In this document: piece by piece, positions 35,502-49,905 of the stretch
Numbering within the stretch: position 1 is the stretch's first letter
Layout: each line of letters begins with the position of its first letter
Assembly (NCBI GenBank): GCA_040954595.2
Contig: CM082577.2
Span: 14,329,903-14,393,902, forward strand
Origin: Balanoglossus misakiensis
Taxonomy: Eukaryota > Animalia > Hemichordata
Direction: 5' to 3'
DNA length: 64,000 nucleotides
Notes under the pieces: generated by a model
Databases searched by the model: none
What the model was told of the DNA's origin: nothing
Seen by the model: the letters and a program-made list of their open reading frames with translations, nothing else
Made by a program: the position numbers and the translations under genes

Positions 35502-38500
35502 ATGGCAACTTGGACATTTCTTAGGCTGTTTCCAGCTTCACGCACGACCAGAGGAACAGCAACAGATAAGCAAGAGCTGCAAGGCACCGATCTTCGTCGT
35601 AGTTTCTTTATTCTGAGCTTCCTCTGTTCGGTAATCGTTGTTGGTTTAATCATTGCAACGCCGGCTGATAATATCAGATATACGCAACAAACCCTGCAAG
35701 TGAGTACACGTTTTCATACATTTCTGTCATTCTGTTATCGGACAAACTTCACTGTTTCATTTTACTTCAATTTAATCCACATACAAAGCGGCTTGTGCCT
35801 AATGTACATTGGTAAAGTATGATCGAAACTCAGATTTTACATCATTAAAGGTAGTATGTGTCTCGGGGACAGATTATCAGAAGTATGATCGTTCTCCAAA
35901 CCTTTCAATCTTTGGGAACTGGGTGTTCGCCATCTTGTAGTTATAAAAACCAATACTTTCAATTTTCTCCCAAGAGATTAACACATAGATTTGTGATTAT
36001 TTTGAATTCACATTTGAGGTAAATTTGCTGTCTCATTCAAAAGTAATATTCTCAATTTTACGAGGACATAATCTAAAGTTGCCTTGGGCAAAATCTGAGA
36101 AAAAGTTTGACTTTAATTTTCGAGACGCATTATGCCTTGAAGCTCCCAATAACTGCCACTTGTGGCACCCATTTAATCTATAAAATATTTCAATCTTCTT
36201 ATCCAAAGTCGACAGACATGTGTGCATACCACGCTAGTTGTATACTCTTACAATGGGCGGCTGAATAAATTTGTACGGCACCCGTTTATTCTTCAACTTG
36301 CTTATATTTTACATGTACAGCTGGACTTGCCCCAAGTCTGTGGGCCTCTCTATGTCATAATAAATTAAATACATTTCAGAAATTAGTTTGTTCCGAGTCT
36401 CAATAGCGTGTGTGGAGTGAACGCGTAGGTCTTGGGATCGCGCAGGCCCACGCGCTTGCATTTGGTGGGCAGTAACCTAAACTCAACTCGGTGCAGAAAC
36501 TGTCTCAAGCAAGCACACGAAAGGTAACTTTAAAATGATAACATGTGGAAGTAGTTTTAGGATGTAACGGTAAGGCATTCCACAACTGAGGCGTACAGAC
36601 GGAAAAAAGGTCTGTCGAATTTAAAAGCAGTACGGCCAATAGGTTATTAGGGCTTTAAACAAGTTCATTTAGTGTTCGGGAATCAACTTGATGGTTACGG
36701 GATTTAAACTCGAACCACCTTTACTAACCAACGTAGGAAGCGATTGCATAATACCATCAATGTGTATCGTTCAGACATAATTTACTACGAAATTGCATTG
36801 TGCGACAACCTTTTCCATTTTTTTCAGATCAGCGATCGAATCGGACGTGACGATAAATCTACAGTTCCTACTCCGAGTGGTCGATATCTGATGCCTGTGT
36901 TATTGTTTCCTCGATCGGGTCCACAGAACAACTACCTGAGATTGAAGAGCCTCCTTACACTGGCAGTTTTACAAAATTGGACCTTAGTTTTATACCCAAT
37001 TCGAAACCACCACACCCAGAACAGTACTAGCGCAGTCAGAAATATCAGTGAAGTTTTCGATGTTGACCTTCTAAAACAACTTGTGCATGTTATTACACCT
37101 CACGAATTCCACGAGAAGTGCAACGGAAAAGCCATAGTTGTCGATTGGTACAGGGAAGGCCGAGGCGCTTTGTTGAAAGAGATACATGTCGATACCGGAT
37201 TGCATTTTCAGAAAATAGCAGTCGAGAAAAACAACGCCAGTAAAAGATGTAAATTCCCGCGATGCGATGCATTATTTGCCAAATATCCATGTGTCATTTA
37301 TCGATCCCTGCGTACGGCGACCTTTACGAGTATTCGAAGTGCACAGATCGCCGAAAAAGTCGAACAATATCTTCGAAAGGCACCTTACATTCGGCAGATG
37401 GGAGAAGAGGGGGTGCGCCAGATTTGTGACGGCCGCCCGTTTCTCGCTTTTCACTGGAGAAATCGAACTGGAGAAAGGTAAATTATCACAGGGAGAATTT
37501 CTCATAGGAAGAGGTGGCAAATTTACTTGAAGACATAGAATCGAAGCGTATTGCACACTATGAATGTTTGCAAATTTAAACAGCAACACTGATTCTTAAA
37601 GTTAACTTTAGAATTTATTATAATGTGAGCCTTAACAACTCAATTTCTCCATCTCAGCTATTTCCTCATTCCCTTTCGGTAATCATGTCTAATTTACTAT
37701 TGGAATTCATGAGAAATCTCTGATTGGTCACATGCACTAAAATACAGGGACCTCTGTAATTGTGCATGTTGCTGTGATCCTTCGATTTTGACCACTCAGT
37801 GAAGGCGTTACATGACAAATCATTTACTTTACAAAGCAATGCAACAAAGGGGTTGATTTGGGCTGGCAGTGTCCGTTGATGAATGGGCTGTCTTTTGAGA
37901 TGAGTGACAAACTGTTTAATTTACCGACAGGTGCGAGACAGGGCGCAAGAAGAGAGGCTGTGAATTTGACGGACTAAATCCAATGAGTAAAAATCGACGA
38001 TTTGTGAAAGCCTTAAAAGACTTCATGAAAACGGTTAATCTGAGTTGTATGTACATTGCATTCCCCCCATTTTCTCAAGTGAGTATAACACTGTTCCCTG
38101 CAACGCATGTTGAAGGCTGCAACTATCAGGTACGATACAGAAGTAAACAATATGTCACCATGCTTGATGTTGTTAGCCAGCTGTTCAGAAAGTTCTACCT
38201 TAGAGAAACTACAGCACAGAAAAATGCTGACTCGGCATTTCATACCATCTTTTAAAGCCCCAATAGCTGCATTTTTTAATCGATAATTTACTTCAATTTT
38301 CTCCTCATCCTAAGTCGGCAGGCGACAAAATATTGCATTTGTGGAAATTCTAATACCCATTGTGCGCATATCACGATGGTTGTATATTCTTGCAAAGGCC
38401 GGTCGCGACTAAACGGGTATGTTCATTTAAAGGAACCATTGTAAGTTTGAGAGGAAAATCATGAAAATAACGAAACTAAATGTCAGCTAATTGGGCCTTT

Positions 38501-40420
38501 AACCCTCTCAGTGAAAAGTAAGTTGGATTCGAACACCCTTGTTTTCTATCTGTCCCGTACTATACTCTTTGCATATCTTATAGTTACCAGCCCTTTTACT
38601 AAATGCTCACCTTGGGGTCTGATAGGTCTAATGATTTATGAGCTGCCCACGTGCATTGCTACTATAAGTGTCTATATCGCGGATTTAATGTTGTACACAT
38701 ACTTCTGCAGTGTTTGTGGCAAACATGAACAGGAAGTTGCGTGCTTGCGGTACAATATATAAAATCCGGAAAATGGCAATATTCTTACTTTTGAGTAGTC
38801 CCCACCTTAAGTCATTTTAGTTGCTACAGTAGCACTATACATTCATCAAACTTTGCCAGATAAAGAGCTATGTCCCGGCGATGGTTCTCAATGCTTTGTG
38901 TTTTACACAACTTAATTCTGTGTGCGGATCATGGAAGTATTCTTATATTGTTTTTGTATTTGTTTACAATATATATTTCATTCATTTGCACCCAATTTTA
39001 GACAATGTACAACACTCTTCAACCACACATAACACGACTCTACAAGAAGGAAGATTTGATTACCAAAGTGCCGAGCATTGCTTATTACAAGGAAGATAAT
39101 TATGTGATATCTTTAGTTGAACAAGAGATTGTAATACGTAAGTGCACTCACAGAAACATGAGATACTTTCACAGGAAACTTCAAATATCCGATATGCACG
39201 GATTATGTTGATTCGAACATTTAAACTCGCGTATGCAGTTTAGATTTCATAGACAGCCACAATTTGTAGAAATTGGTGTGTGATGCTGCTTGTTATCCGC
39301 CAGCAGTATGGGTTTCTAATCAAAACATGATGACCATAGCCGGCTCAATTTAGGCAAACTGGTATAGTGACGACGTTGATGTTGGTTTAATAATTGACCT
39401 GTCGCGTACTATACTCTTTGCATATCTTATAGTTACCAGCCCTTTTACTAAATGCTCACCTTGGGGTCTGATAGGTCTAATGATTTATGAGCTGCCCACG
39501 TGCATTGCTACTATAAGTGTCTATATCGCGGATTTAATGTTGTACACATACTTCTGCAGTGTTTGTGGCAAACATGAACAGAAAGTTTAGTGCTTGCGGT
39601 ACAATAAAAACACGTAGATAAACCCGCTCATTAGAAAACGTGGACCTTCATGCCCATTTACATGATTTCGTTTGAACTGTGATCCCTCCTAAATTTTTCT
39701 AATTTGCCTATTTGGTATCCCCTTTGGTGCACAAGCCCCATTCCACTAATTCATGAGCTTCATCAACATTGAACAGCAACCCTTTATGCGATAATCTGAA
39801 TATAATACAAGTATTCACATGCACTGAATTAAAGACTGTACTTTGGCCCAGACTTTCGAAGGCAGATAAATACATCGCCGATATGACATTAGCTCACGCA
39901 TGCATGGATGGGTACGGGTATCTTACGAAATACGGGGCCATAGGTTGCGCCAACTTCCTGTCTGCCTGTCTGTCTGTCTGTCCGTCTGCATGCATGCATG
40001 CATGCATGCATGCATGTATGTATGTATGTATGTATGTATGTATGTATGTATGTATGTATGTATGTATGTATGTATGTATGTATGTATGTATGTATGTATG
40101 TATGTATGTATGTATGTATGTACAGTTCCTACTGAGAAACAAGGTTTCATGGTTTTATGTCGGAGTTTGATCAGCGAGAGATCATTATACCTGATGCATA
40201 CATCTATGTTGATAGCGATTCGAGACATCCGTCAATAATTTACATGATCGACATACAGATGTTTTCTCTTCATTTCATTTCAGGGGCAAAAACTTTCATC
40301 GGTTGTCCCGGATCTGCATGGACACGAGCAGCTCGAAATGAGAGAAGCCGCCTGAACCGAACGACGCTGTTTTTGCAATCATTGAAACATGTACCACGAG
40401 AGTTTATTGGTATAAACTGA
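35502..40420 (+). CDS. Type II membrane O-fucosyltransferase-like glycosyltransferase (POFUT1/2 superfamily, GT-B fold); exons 35502-35699, 36828-37477, 37931-38078, 39002-39137, 40284-40420
   Basis: TM anchor SFFILSFLCSVIVVGLII and motifs SGPQNNY, WTLVLYP, PFLAFHWR and SLVEQEIVIRAKTFIGCPGSAWT (resembles the O-FucT DQxIC..A..FIGT..STFS motif). All introns are GT-AG and phase-compatible. Confidence 0.78.
38550..39606. repeat. ~205-bp near-identical direct repeats (38550-38757 and 39399-39606) flanking O-FucT exon 4
   Basis: CGTACTATACTCTTTGCATATCTTATAGTTACCAGCCC...TGCTTGCGGTACAATA occurs twice. Confidence 0.85.
39957..40121. repeat. Compound tetranucleotide microsatellite (TCTG)n(CATG)n(TATG)n
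   Basis: Seen directly. It generates the spurious CMYV/HTYI ORFs in the track. Confidence 0.95.
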
Positions 40421-42751
40421 ATTATATATAGGGACACATTACTGGGATTTCTTAAGCGTCAAATGTAAACAACAGAGATTCGATCATTCAGTGTAGATCC
40501 GCACAACTCGAAATTCAACTGGCAAAACAGTTGAAGGGGGTATTGATATATGCAAATTGTATGCAAATTCGAGTACCACGCCATCTTCTGGTTACCTATG
40601 GCCGCCGCTCGTTCTCTGCAGCAACTCGTGTACTTTGGAACTCTTTACCCTTGGACATAAAAAAACTGTCAACACTTTAAAAAAAACGCTTAAAAACTTA
40701 CATTTTTCATACATTTTCACGATAACGCTAACGTTTATTTTCTTTGGATAACGTTTATTTTCTTTGGATATTTGGCGCCTTACACGTCTGCTGGATTGAT
40801 CATGTCCACATTTCTGTTAAATACAAGCTACTCTCATTTCGTGCACTACAGTCAGAATGTTTATGGTTAGAAATAGACAGGGATTGAACCTGAATTGAAA
40901 AGTAAATAAACAATTATATCAAATTTTGAAACCAGTTTATTCTATGTTATCATTTGTGTCAAACTTCGTCCAACTCTTATGGGAGATGCGAATGGTCATC
41001 TCACAAAGAAGAATTTTTTGTATAAAACTGACATGTTTAACCAGTGTTTACCAAGCGTCAGCTTCCTGGTGCATTAAATAGCACGAGTAGTTTAAATTTT
41101 AAAAGACTTCCAACTTCTTCTCGAAATTATCGCCCAACTTCATATTCCCTTAAACTTGCGTATCTTGTTTGTCAAGAAAACGACACTGATCGTGCTAAAC
41201 ACTGCTGTGAGTGAACTTGACATAGATAGGCTAGTTAAGAAACAGGGAGTGTGGGATTTGGCGTGGAAGGAGTCTTGCCCCATTGACTGATCATGGGTAT
41301 GATTTTCAATGGGAGTTCTCCATATCCTTCTGACAAGGCCCCGTATCCACTTTTCTGTCCCTCCCCACATGTTTGCACCTCTCACGTGTAATTAATTGGT
41401 TTAGGCTCTAGTGTCAGAACAGTTTACCTCAAATATAACGAAATCCCATGCTTGTGTGAATGGACATTTTGGAATTTTCGTACCCCGTATCCAAGTTCAG
41501 ATTAATATCATAGCACATCTATGAATTTTTCAAATAAGTGAAATTTTCAACCTTGTATACAGATTTCGTGAAAAATGCACGAAGATTTCACTCATTAACT
41601 TAATTAAAAATAACTTGCTAAAGAATATTGACAAAGGCAGAGCTACAGTAGAGGTTCCTTTTGAATAAAACAATAAAAACAGGAGACGATGTGATAATTC
41701 ATGTACTTAGAGATTCTCAATCATTCAAACTGTTTCGGTGCATGTCATCCATCAAATATGTCAGTAGCTATCCAGTTTAATTTAGTTAAATACACTGTTC
41801 AAGGCGTTTCAATAATCGGGATCGTTAAAATCAATAAAATGGACGACTTCTCAAAACTAGTCACCGTATCACCGATGACGGGTAGCAGACAAGGGTGTGT
41901 GAGTACGCCCTCACAATCCGTGCAACTGGTAGCGTCTCCAGTCAAGAGTTTCAGTTGGTAATGTCAGTACACTGTCTTTATTGATTTTCCGCGAACCTGG
42001 TAATTTTTAAACCCGAATGCCTAAGTTTATTGAACCAGTTTTAATGTCATGGCAAGACAGTGACGATCGTTCAGCGGTCGGATACTCCGTCCACGTCTCA
42101 CCCGATGCCTCCTTATTTCCGTTCTGCTTATTAACTAGGCTACCAATAGGCTACATACTCCCAGCAGTTATGTGATAGCATTCTTTAGCAGGTACCCAAT
42201 TTGGCCATGTCTGATTTCATTAAACATTTCTAGTTCCAGCGTTCGTGTCAATCTATTCGAATCCGTGAAGGTTTCTCTAGTTATAGCCAAGAGAGATAGA
42301 TCTATCAAATTACAACTGTACTGCTATCTTCCCCATTTCCCCAAAATAATTTACGTTTAGTGAAAAAAAATTCTTTCTCTCGGGTCAATTCAACTCAATC
42401 GCGTGACAATTTTTCAAACCCCATGCAACAATGCAACATGCTTTTATCTTTAATTTATCGGCGTCTGAGGAGAGTCGGAAACGCGCCTATGTTGAATTTT
42501 CTCAGTAAAATAAGCGAAAACGAAAATGAATGTGTAGATAATATATTAAGCGGGAAAAGAGGTCGCCTACAGTAACGACAGCTCCAAATTCATAACACTC
42601 AAAGGTGGAAAATTCCACAAAGACCCATATACATTACGGTGCACAAACATGACTCTGATATAAATGAATCGGAACATAATTGGTTGGTTTATTTTATATT
42701 TCTTTTAGTGGCGCGGGGGAATTCAGGGGGAGAGGGGGTCACATTTTACAT

Positions 42752-43254
42752 TTGAACGGCCGAGGACACAACTACGACATTCGACAATGACTGCACAATG
42801 ACTAGAAAATATATTAACGTGACTGTACAGGAAGATTGCGTCATATTTCCAACTTACTTGAACGCTGAAAATTTCAAACAACAACGAATACGCTTTGGAA
42901 ATTAAAGCGATTCATGAATGGAAATCGAGGTTTCATGAAGACGGGTGATTCACATTTCTGAGATTTACAGCCCAAAAGCAATACCACTCTGCAGACTTCT
43001 GCGTGGAGTGACCGTAGTAGTGTACAGCTTGTTCTGGTTAAAGGTTGGTTCATATTGGATCCATATGCGCAGGTGCAATCGGCGACACTCGCACATTTCA
43101 CATGTGAATGGCCGAGGACACAAGTACGAGGTTCGACAGATAAAAACGTTTCGTCAGCACAATGGCTAGAAAATATGTAAGTTGGTTGTACTCGGGTACA
43201 GGTAGATTGTGTCAGAATTCCAACTTCTTAAATGAGCGCTGAACATTTCAAACA
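42752..43254. repeat. Diverged ~135-150 bp direct repeat (about 42752-42882 and 43105-43254)
   Basis: TGAA(C/T)GGCCGAGGACACAA...CACAATG(A/G)CTAGAAAATAT...TTCCAACTT...CGCTGAA...ATTTCAAACA occurs twice. Confidence 0.7.
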
Positions 43255-44019
43255 CCAAAGACTACTATGCATACGTTGTATACCGCAATTTCGATTGAGC
43301 TTCCTGGAAACTGTGCAGTTTAGACAAACAACATATACTGTGTATGTCCACCAATCGGGCGTATGAATTTGTCAACCCTTCCGATATAAAGTTAAACCAT
43401 AGCCACATTCTAAACTTTACCTGATGAAACACAACACGGTGGTTTCCAAATTAGTTAGAACAGAGTGTTTTCCTCGACGTTTCGAGTTAATCATATACGT
43501 GTAATATTAATGTTGAAATTTAAGAAAATACGTGTACATGTACCATATGGGCTATATGAGATCTTCTCAGTATCCGAATAGTTTTACAGGTAGAATGGGA
43601 TTTCTACAGATATATTGAAATTCAGGTCATATGGGCTATGTTGATGTCTCACCTAAAAGCCTATGCCCCTACACGAGATGTGAGATCATTCTCTTTACTC
43701 TATGTCGATTGGCGTAAGGGCAATATGGGCCCCGCGATAGATCTTCAGAAAAAAGGATAGCATTCGATTTAATTTTTATCCATAGAGATCATAACACAGA
43801 GATTGGCGGCCATTTTGATTATCAAATTTGAGACAGTCTGAGACAATTTTTCTATGACATTCAAAACGACCCCATTTTAAAAAAATAATATAATAGGCCC
43901 TATATTTATTCGCAATTTTACGGGGTGATCATCAAGAACATGTCTTGATTTTTTAGTACTGCAAAAAATGATTGATATATTGTTGGTAACGAACAGAACA
44001 AAACGTTTATCTTGCACAG

Positions 44020-46842
44020 CGCCGATTGGCATATCTCCTCTCGCTCATTGTTGGAGCTTATTGCATTTGGTCAAATCTCCCGATGCGGACTAAACCTGAT
44101 ATTCTTATCAAACAGGACAATTCGGTGTAAGTACGCTTTGAACCGTATATTTTTGCACTGACGCAGGCATTCTGCAGCCGATTGTCTATGTATTTCTCAA
44201 AGGTTTATCGGCGAGTCACCAATAAGTCTCAGTCGATTGTCTCAAAACGTATCCGCGTTCTCGGCATCACCTACCAATTTTGATAAGTTGATGTATTTGG
44301 TTTTGCATGTGACACATGTGACATTAACCTGCAATGTTTCATTTGCAAACAAATTTCAATTATGTTTATTTGTTTCTCTTCAAAATAATAAACACTTGTG
44401 ATATTTCTTCTTGTACTCAAGTGATACCAACAAAATAATGGACTCTCGGTGGACACACAATAAAGGATATGAAGACCCATGGCGAAACAACACAACTGCA
44501 CCAAACCATAATGTATGTTTTGTCAAGACCAGAAAAACGGGAAGTACTACGCTATCGTCCATTTTGAATCGATTTGCCCTGTTACACAATCTGTCATTAG
44601 TATTAATGAAAGATAATAGACACAGTGGACATGTCAATATTATACCGATTCGTGAAGACAGTCCACGTAAACTGTTCCTTCCGCCCCTCGATGTCAAGCC
44701 AGGTGATTGGGACAACTACAAGTATAACATGATGACTGTACACGCCCGTTATAACAGATCAGCGTTCGATACATTCATGCACCCGGGCACAAAATACATC
44801 TCCATATTACGAGAGACGTGCTCACATTACGAGTCGGATTTCATGCATTATAAATTACCATCGGTCGTCAAATCTGCCAAAAAGAATATGCGTGACGAGG
44901 ACACCCTGAAAGAATATTTGAAAGAGCCGGAATTTTACTGGGCGAAAACAAAAAAAATGTACGGAAAGCACATCATGTTATTCACGCGGAATACGCTTGT
45001 CTCCGATCTCGGTCTTGACCATGTTTATCACAACAATACCAAGATTCTGACCGATTTCATAAAGAACCTTGAAGCTAAGATCGATTTAATGCTGATCACG
45101 GAATACTTTGACGAATCGATGTTGCTGCTCAAGAAACTATTAAACTGGAATTGGGACGACGTGATGTACCTGGCCAGGAACGCTCGCCCTGAAAATGCAA
45201 CCCGAACGACAATGACCGACGATTTGTGCGAAAGGATTGTAAAGTGGAATAGTGCTAATCATCAGCTATATACAACGTTCAATAAGAGTCTTTGGCAGCG
45301 GGTCGAAGCATATGGCTCAAACTGGGACGCTGACTTGGCCGAACTAAAACAACGCCTGAAACAGGCTGAGACTAGATGTTTAGTAACAAGCGAGTATAAA
45401 TCTGTCAGCCGCCGTCAACAAGTCCTTTACAAAACGCAGAATTCGTCCTCAGAATTTTGCAGACTATTTACGAAGTTAAATAATGACATAATACACGAAA
45501 CAATTAAAAAGCAGTCATCTGGATACTATTTTGCAAACGTCGAAGGTTGGTAGATTAAAATCACGATCATAATTATATTAGTCTTGTACATTGATTTTGA
45601 ACATTAGTGTACTATCATTACATACGCGATGTAAAATACTCGAGGGAGAAGGTTGTTGAGCAGATCGCACTGACCCGAGTTTGATAGCCAAAAAAATCAA
45701 CTATTATACTTATTCTTTCCAAAATTTGAATTGGGGTTTCTAATTTTCATTTGATTGCCTGACTGCAAATGTTTGTGTTGCTTCACTGTAGGTCGACAAG
45801 GTCGCATTTGTGGCTTCGAATACAAGTCCGATTGTGGATTCGAGTTTTCTGGTATGGGCGACTACACATGGACGTTTGATTCGGGACTAAAGATCAACGA
45901 CGTTACCACCAATTCTGAACATGGTAGGTTTTCAGTGCTTGTTGTTTGGGAAGGCGGAATGCATTCAGGTATCACGGTTTTCATCAACTTCACTGTCGGC
46001 ACTTATCGATTAAGTATCACACCAAGTAAAGTTGCAACGTTTTTACACATGTATTGTTGGACATCACATCAATGTTATAAAAAGACCAGATTCGTATATT
46101 ATGAGCATGAAGTCGTTTTCATCATGCTCTTATATAAGTGATTTTTACAACCCTGTATTCAGACGTCGGTTTAAATCATTACAGGTACGTTTTTGGTTAC
46201 CAAGTATCTGCCGAAGAAAAAAGCTAAAAGAAATCAAGGCGCAAAAAAAGCCCGTGTAACGATGCCAGAACTTGTAATTGGTAAGAGTTGTCTGAGTTTC
46301 TACTATTACACAGATTTTGGCGTGACGGCTGGAAAAACTACATTATGCGTCTGTTTGGTACGAGAACCCAAAGCAAAGTCGGAGGTGTGTTCGACTATTT
46401 GGAAAAGTACGGATTCGCCTAACCATTCTGGACAGTGGAACAGTGTGTCTGTCAATATAACGACAAGTCGTAAATCGCAGGTAAGTTTTGCATTTAAGAG
46501 AAATGTCATCTTTGTAGAATTACACAATGCTCTTGAATTCAAGTTTATGTATTGTTATAACGTTGACGAGCGTTTCGCGTCACCTGAATTTTTGATTTCC
46601 CCTTTAATTTTTTTAACCATCTGGAAACACTTGGAATATTATACATCCTGTTTTTTCTTGTTTCTATGCATCCACTTTCAATATTTTTGCCTTTAATTTT
46701 TCTTTGCCAGGTTGCATTTGAAGCGATTTCATCGGAGTTCCCCACACCCAGGGATAGTACCATCTACCACTTCGGTTTGGACGATGTGTCATTGAAACAT
46801 GGCCGACTTTGCGTACAAGACTCTTACTTAGAAGAACATTAA
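44020..46842 (+). CDS. Galactose-3-O-sulfotransferase (GAL3ST family) with a C-terminal MAM domain; exons 44020-44126, 44422-45545, 45792-45923, 46185-46480, 46711-46842; start-codon exon not identified
   Basis: TM exon RRLAYLLSLIVGAYCIWS. 5'-PSB motif FVKTRKTGSTTLSSILNRF, then YISILRE, DLMLITEYFDESMLLLKKLLNW and LYTTFNKSLW. MAM-like exons follow: CGFE..DCGF..W, SCLSFYYY, IWKS..GQWNSVSVNI, VAFEA..GLDDVSL..GRLC. Intron phases are compatible. Confidence 0.85.
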
Positions 46843-46845
46843 TCC

Positions 46846-46876
<31 letters not shown>

Positions 46877-48263
46877 AAACAAGATCGAATTGTAGTTAGG
46901 AATTGTTAGGTGTTTGAAGAGTTCGCTGTGTACGACAACGTAAATTTAAATTTCGAACACTCAAAAAACAACAGCAACTTGCGCTCATATTTGTGGTGTG
47001 AAGTAAGCTCAAATTCTGAATACCAGTGTTCTTAATCCATTTAGGATTGCGTTTTGCACTGACTGAATATGCCGATGCCGAGAATAAATTATATAACTTT
47101 GTAATTTCCAGAAGAAGAAAAAAAACAGACTAATGCGAGAGACGAACTACTCTTGCGGGAGGCTATTGTTGTCGTTTTGGGTAAAAAAAAACTCTACTCT
47201 GAAATCGCTGTTGCGATAGATTTAAAATTTGTTATGCAGCTTCCTGGCGTAACATTAGATGATGCTTTTAAATTGCAGCGAAATTTGTATATTTGTATTT
47301 TTGGAAAATTTTGCCGTTTTTGAGCTTAAATCTTCACTGAAACACCTCGATCAATTTGGCTTAACATTTTTTTATATTCAGATTTATAGGGATTAGTTAG
47401 ATTTTTTTTAAACTGTCGTAAAGTTTTTATTTAGCGGTTAGTTTTAGTGTTTTATTTCCGAAAACATTTGCTGAGAAGGCTTAATTGCCTTAAAATTGAG
47501 TATGTAAGGGTGATTTTAAATTTAAATGATTCAAATCATTTATTATATAGTAAACTTTTCATATTTGTATTTTGGGGCAAAATTTGCCAGTTTGGCTCTT
47601 AATTTTCCCTAAAACTACTAGTCTATTTACTTTGAAATGTGGCCTAGATATATATCAAAGGGGGGGGGGGGATTGTTAAGCAATTTCGATTACTCCATTT
47701 TTGAGGGTAAAGTTGCCAGTTTCTAGTCAAAATATCTTCTCCCCCAAAACACGATATCTGATTGTTGTGTGAAAGATGGTATGAATATTCCCTCAAATTA
47801 TCCAAGTCTGAATTTTCAAATTCTGCAATATTGTATTTAAGGCAGTTTTTCCCATTATTAAACAAAAAACACCCTATGCCATTATAACGTTTAAATAGAG
47901 CTTCCGAAAATATTAAGGATGATATCGGTCACTTTGTGACATTTTCAGTACTCTATGACAGACACTGGCGTACGTTAACGACGGTGATTAGGTCAGATTT
48001 CCTACGGCCTGGCTCGGTTAAAGACCCGACACTCCAGTACAGACGCTGGCGTTTTGGGGTAAACGGAAGAAGGAAAAATCACACCGGGTCAACACTCGAC
48101 ATTTGTTGGGGCAGGACTGCATCACTGCCGGGTAAACTGAGAGCAGCGTCGCTCATATACCACAGGGGAAACCAGAGCGGTTCAACACTCTACATTTATT
48201 GGAGATCAGCTAATTTTGGTTAATAAACTCAAAAGCAGCTCATAATAATATATATATATATAA

Positions 48264-49905
48264 TGTATAATTTGAGAATATTTCTACCGCCATGTCATCC
48301 TTAATTGGTGGCTAATGGCAAAATACCCAATCGTCCTATGATGCAGCTGGATCTCAACTTCCCATGATAACTGTGCATAGGTGCTCTTAAACCAGAATTC
48401 TAACATGTCTCAACTGATGTGAGCATTTCTTTAATTCCGTGTCATATTGATTCAACGCCAATAAATCGTCTTTCGTTCGTTTACTTTGTTTTGATGAATG
48501 ATTTGAGCTGTCTGCAATTGCGTGTTCTTTAGAAATTACGTCAGCTAATTCATATGACCAGGCGAGATTAAGTGATTTGAGAGATAACACCTGATAGCTG
48601 TGGTCATAGGTCTCAATACCAGGCAGTCACTGGTGCAATTGTCGGCTGATTTCCGTGCATAATAGCAAGATTAATTTACTTTGATAAGATACTCCGCTGT
48701 GTGCTGTCAACATGAGACCCAGTAAACTAAGTCAACTAAGTGGGCTTGCTATGGCAGCGTTTAGTTTTCAGGGCGGATGGGCGACGTGGATGTGTGTGTG
48801 TGTGTGGGGGGGGGGTCATTTCTAATTATGAAGCTGGAAAGGGAGCCATGTCTAGTTTTATGTTTCATGATCAAGTGCAATATTTGCATCGGCCGCCTCA
48901 ATCCGTTGTTCGCAGATAGCTGTTCCTTCTAATTTGCCGCAGTGGCTTAAGTATCAAAAATGCAAAAATGTATGTCATATCTGTATTTTGGGAACAAAAT
49001 TTGCCTTCTTGGTCCAAAATATTCTATGAAACAACTGGTCGGTTTGTGTTGAGAGTTTGCATGTATATCTCTAGGGGAGTGCTTTGGATTTGCTCATATT
49101 GTGAAGAAATTTCGAATACTATGTTTTTGAGAGAATCTTTTTCGGTTTCTGGTCGAATTATATGCTCCTCAAAAACAAGTTTTGTCGGATTGTTGTGAAT
49201 CGTGGCATGAATATTCCCTCACCATTACCCTGGACGGAATTGTGAACATTGTGTAATATTGTATTTAAGCATATTTTTATAATTATCCTAATAACATTAT
49301 GCCAGTACAACAGTGAACTTGATTTTCTGAGTGAAGTACACAAGGATAATGTTAGTTACTTTTGTTGAAAATATGATATTTCCAGTAGTATTGTATAATT
49401 TGAGAAATTTCTACCGTCATGACATCCTCACGTGATACAGCAAGAGCTTAAATTTACATGGAAACTGGGCCGAAATTTGCATAAGTGGCCTAAATCTTCG
49501 ACCCAGAATTCTAACATGTCCCAGATGTTGTAATGATTTCAATTCCATGACACATTGAGTTAAAGGACAACTCATCTTCTTTCTTTCGTCTGTTTTGTTT
49601 TGATGAATGATCTGTCTGTAATTGTGTGTACTTTAGAAATTACGTCAGCTTATTAATTTGACCAGACGAGACTGAATGATTTGAGATATAACGCGCAATA
49701 TGACATTTGTGAGCCGTGGACATGGATCTCAATACCAGCAAGTCACCGGTTGGGATTGTCAGCTTGTTTTCCGTGCATAATAGCAAGATTTTATTATTTT
49801 ACTAAGATGCCAAAATGAGACCCAGCGCAAGGGAGCGTTCGGTTTTCAGGGCGGAGGGGCAACGTGGTGGGGGGGGGGGGGTTCTAATTGTGTAGCTGCA
49901 AAGCG
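48264..49905. repeat. Diverged ~550-bp direct repeats (about 48264-48850 and 49392-49905)
   Basis: Collinear blocks TGTATAATTTGAGAA, CCAGAATTCTAACATGTC, TTAGAAATTACGTCAGCT, TTCCGTGCATAATAGCAAGATT and TTTTCAGGGCGGA. Confidence 0.75.

Noticed and set aside
39769-40238. ORFs rich in CMYV or HTYI
   Set aside because: Artefacts of the (TATG)n microsatellite.
40876-40895. GGGATTGAACC B-box-like word suggesting a tRNA or SINE
   Set aside because: No A-box or cloverleaf in the flanks.
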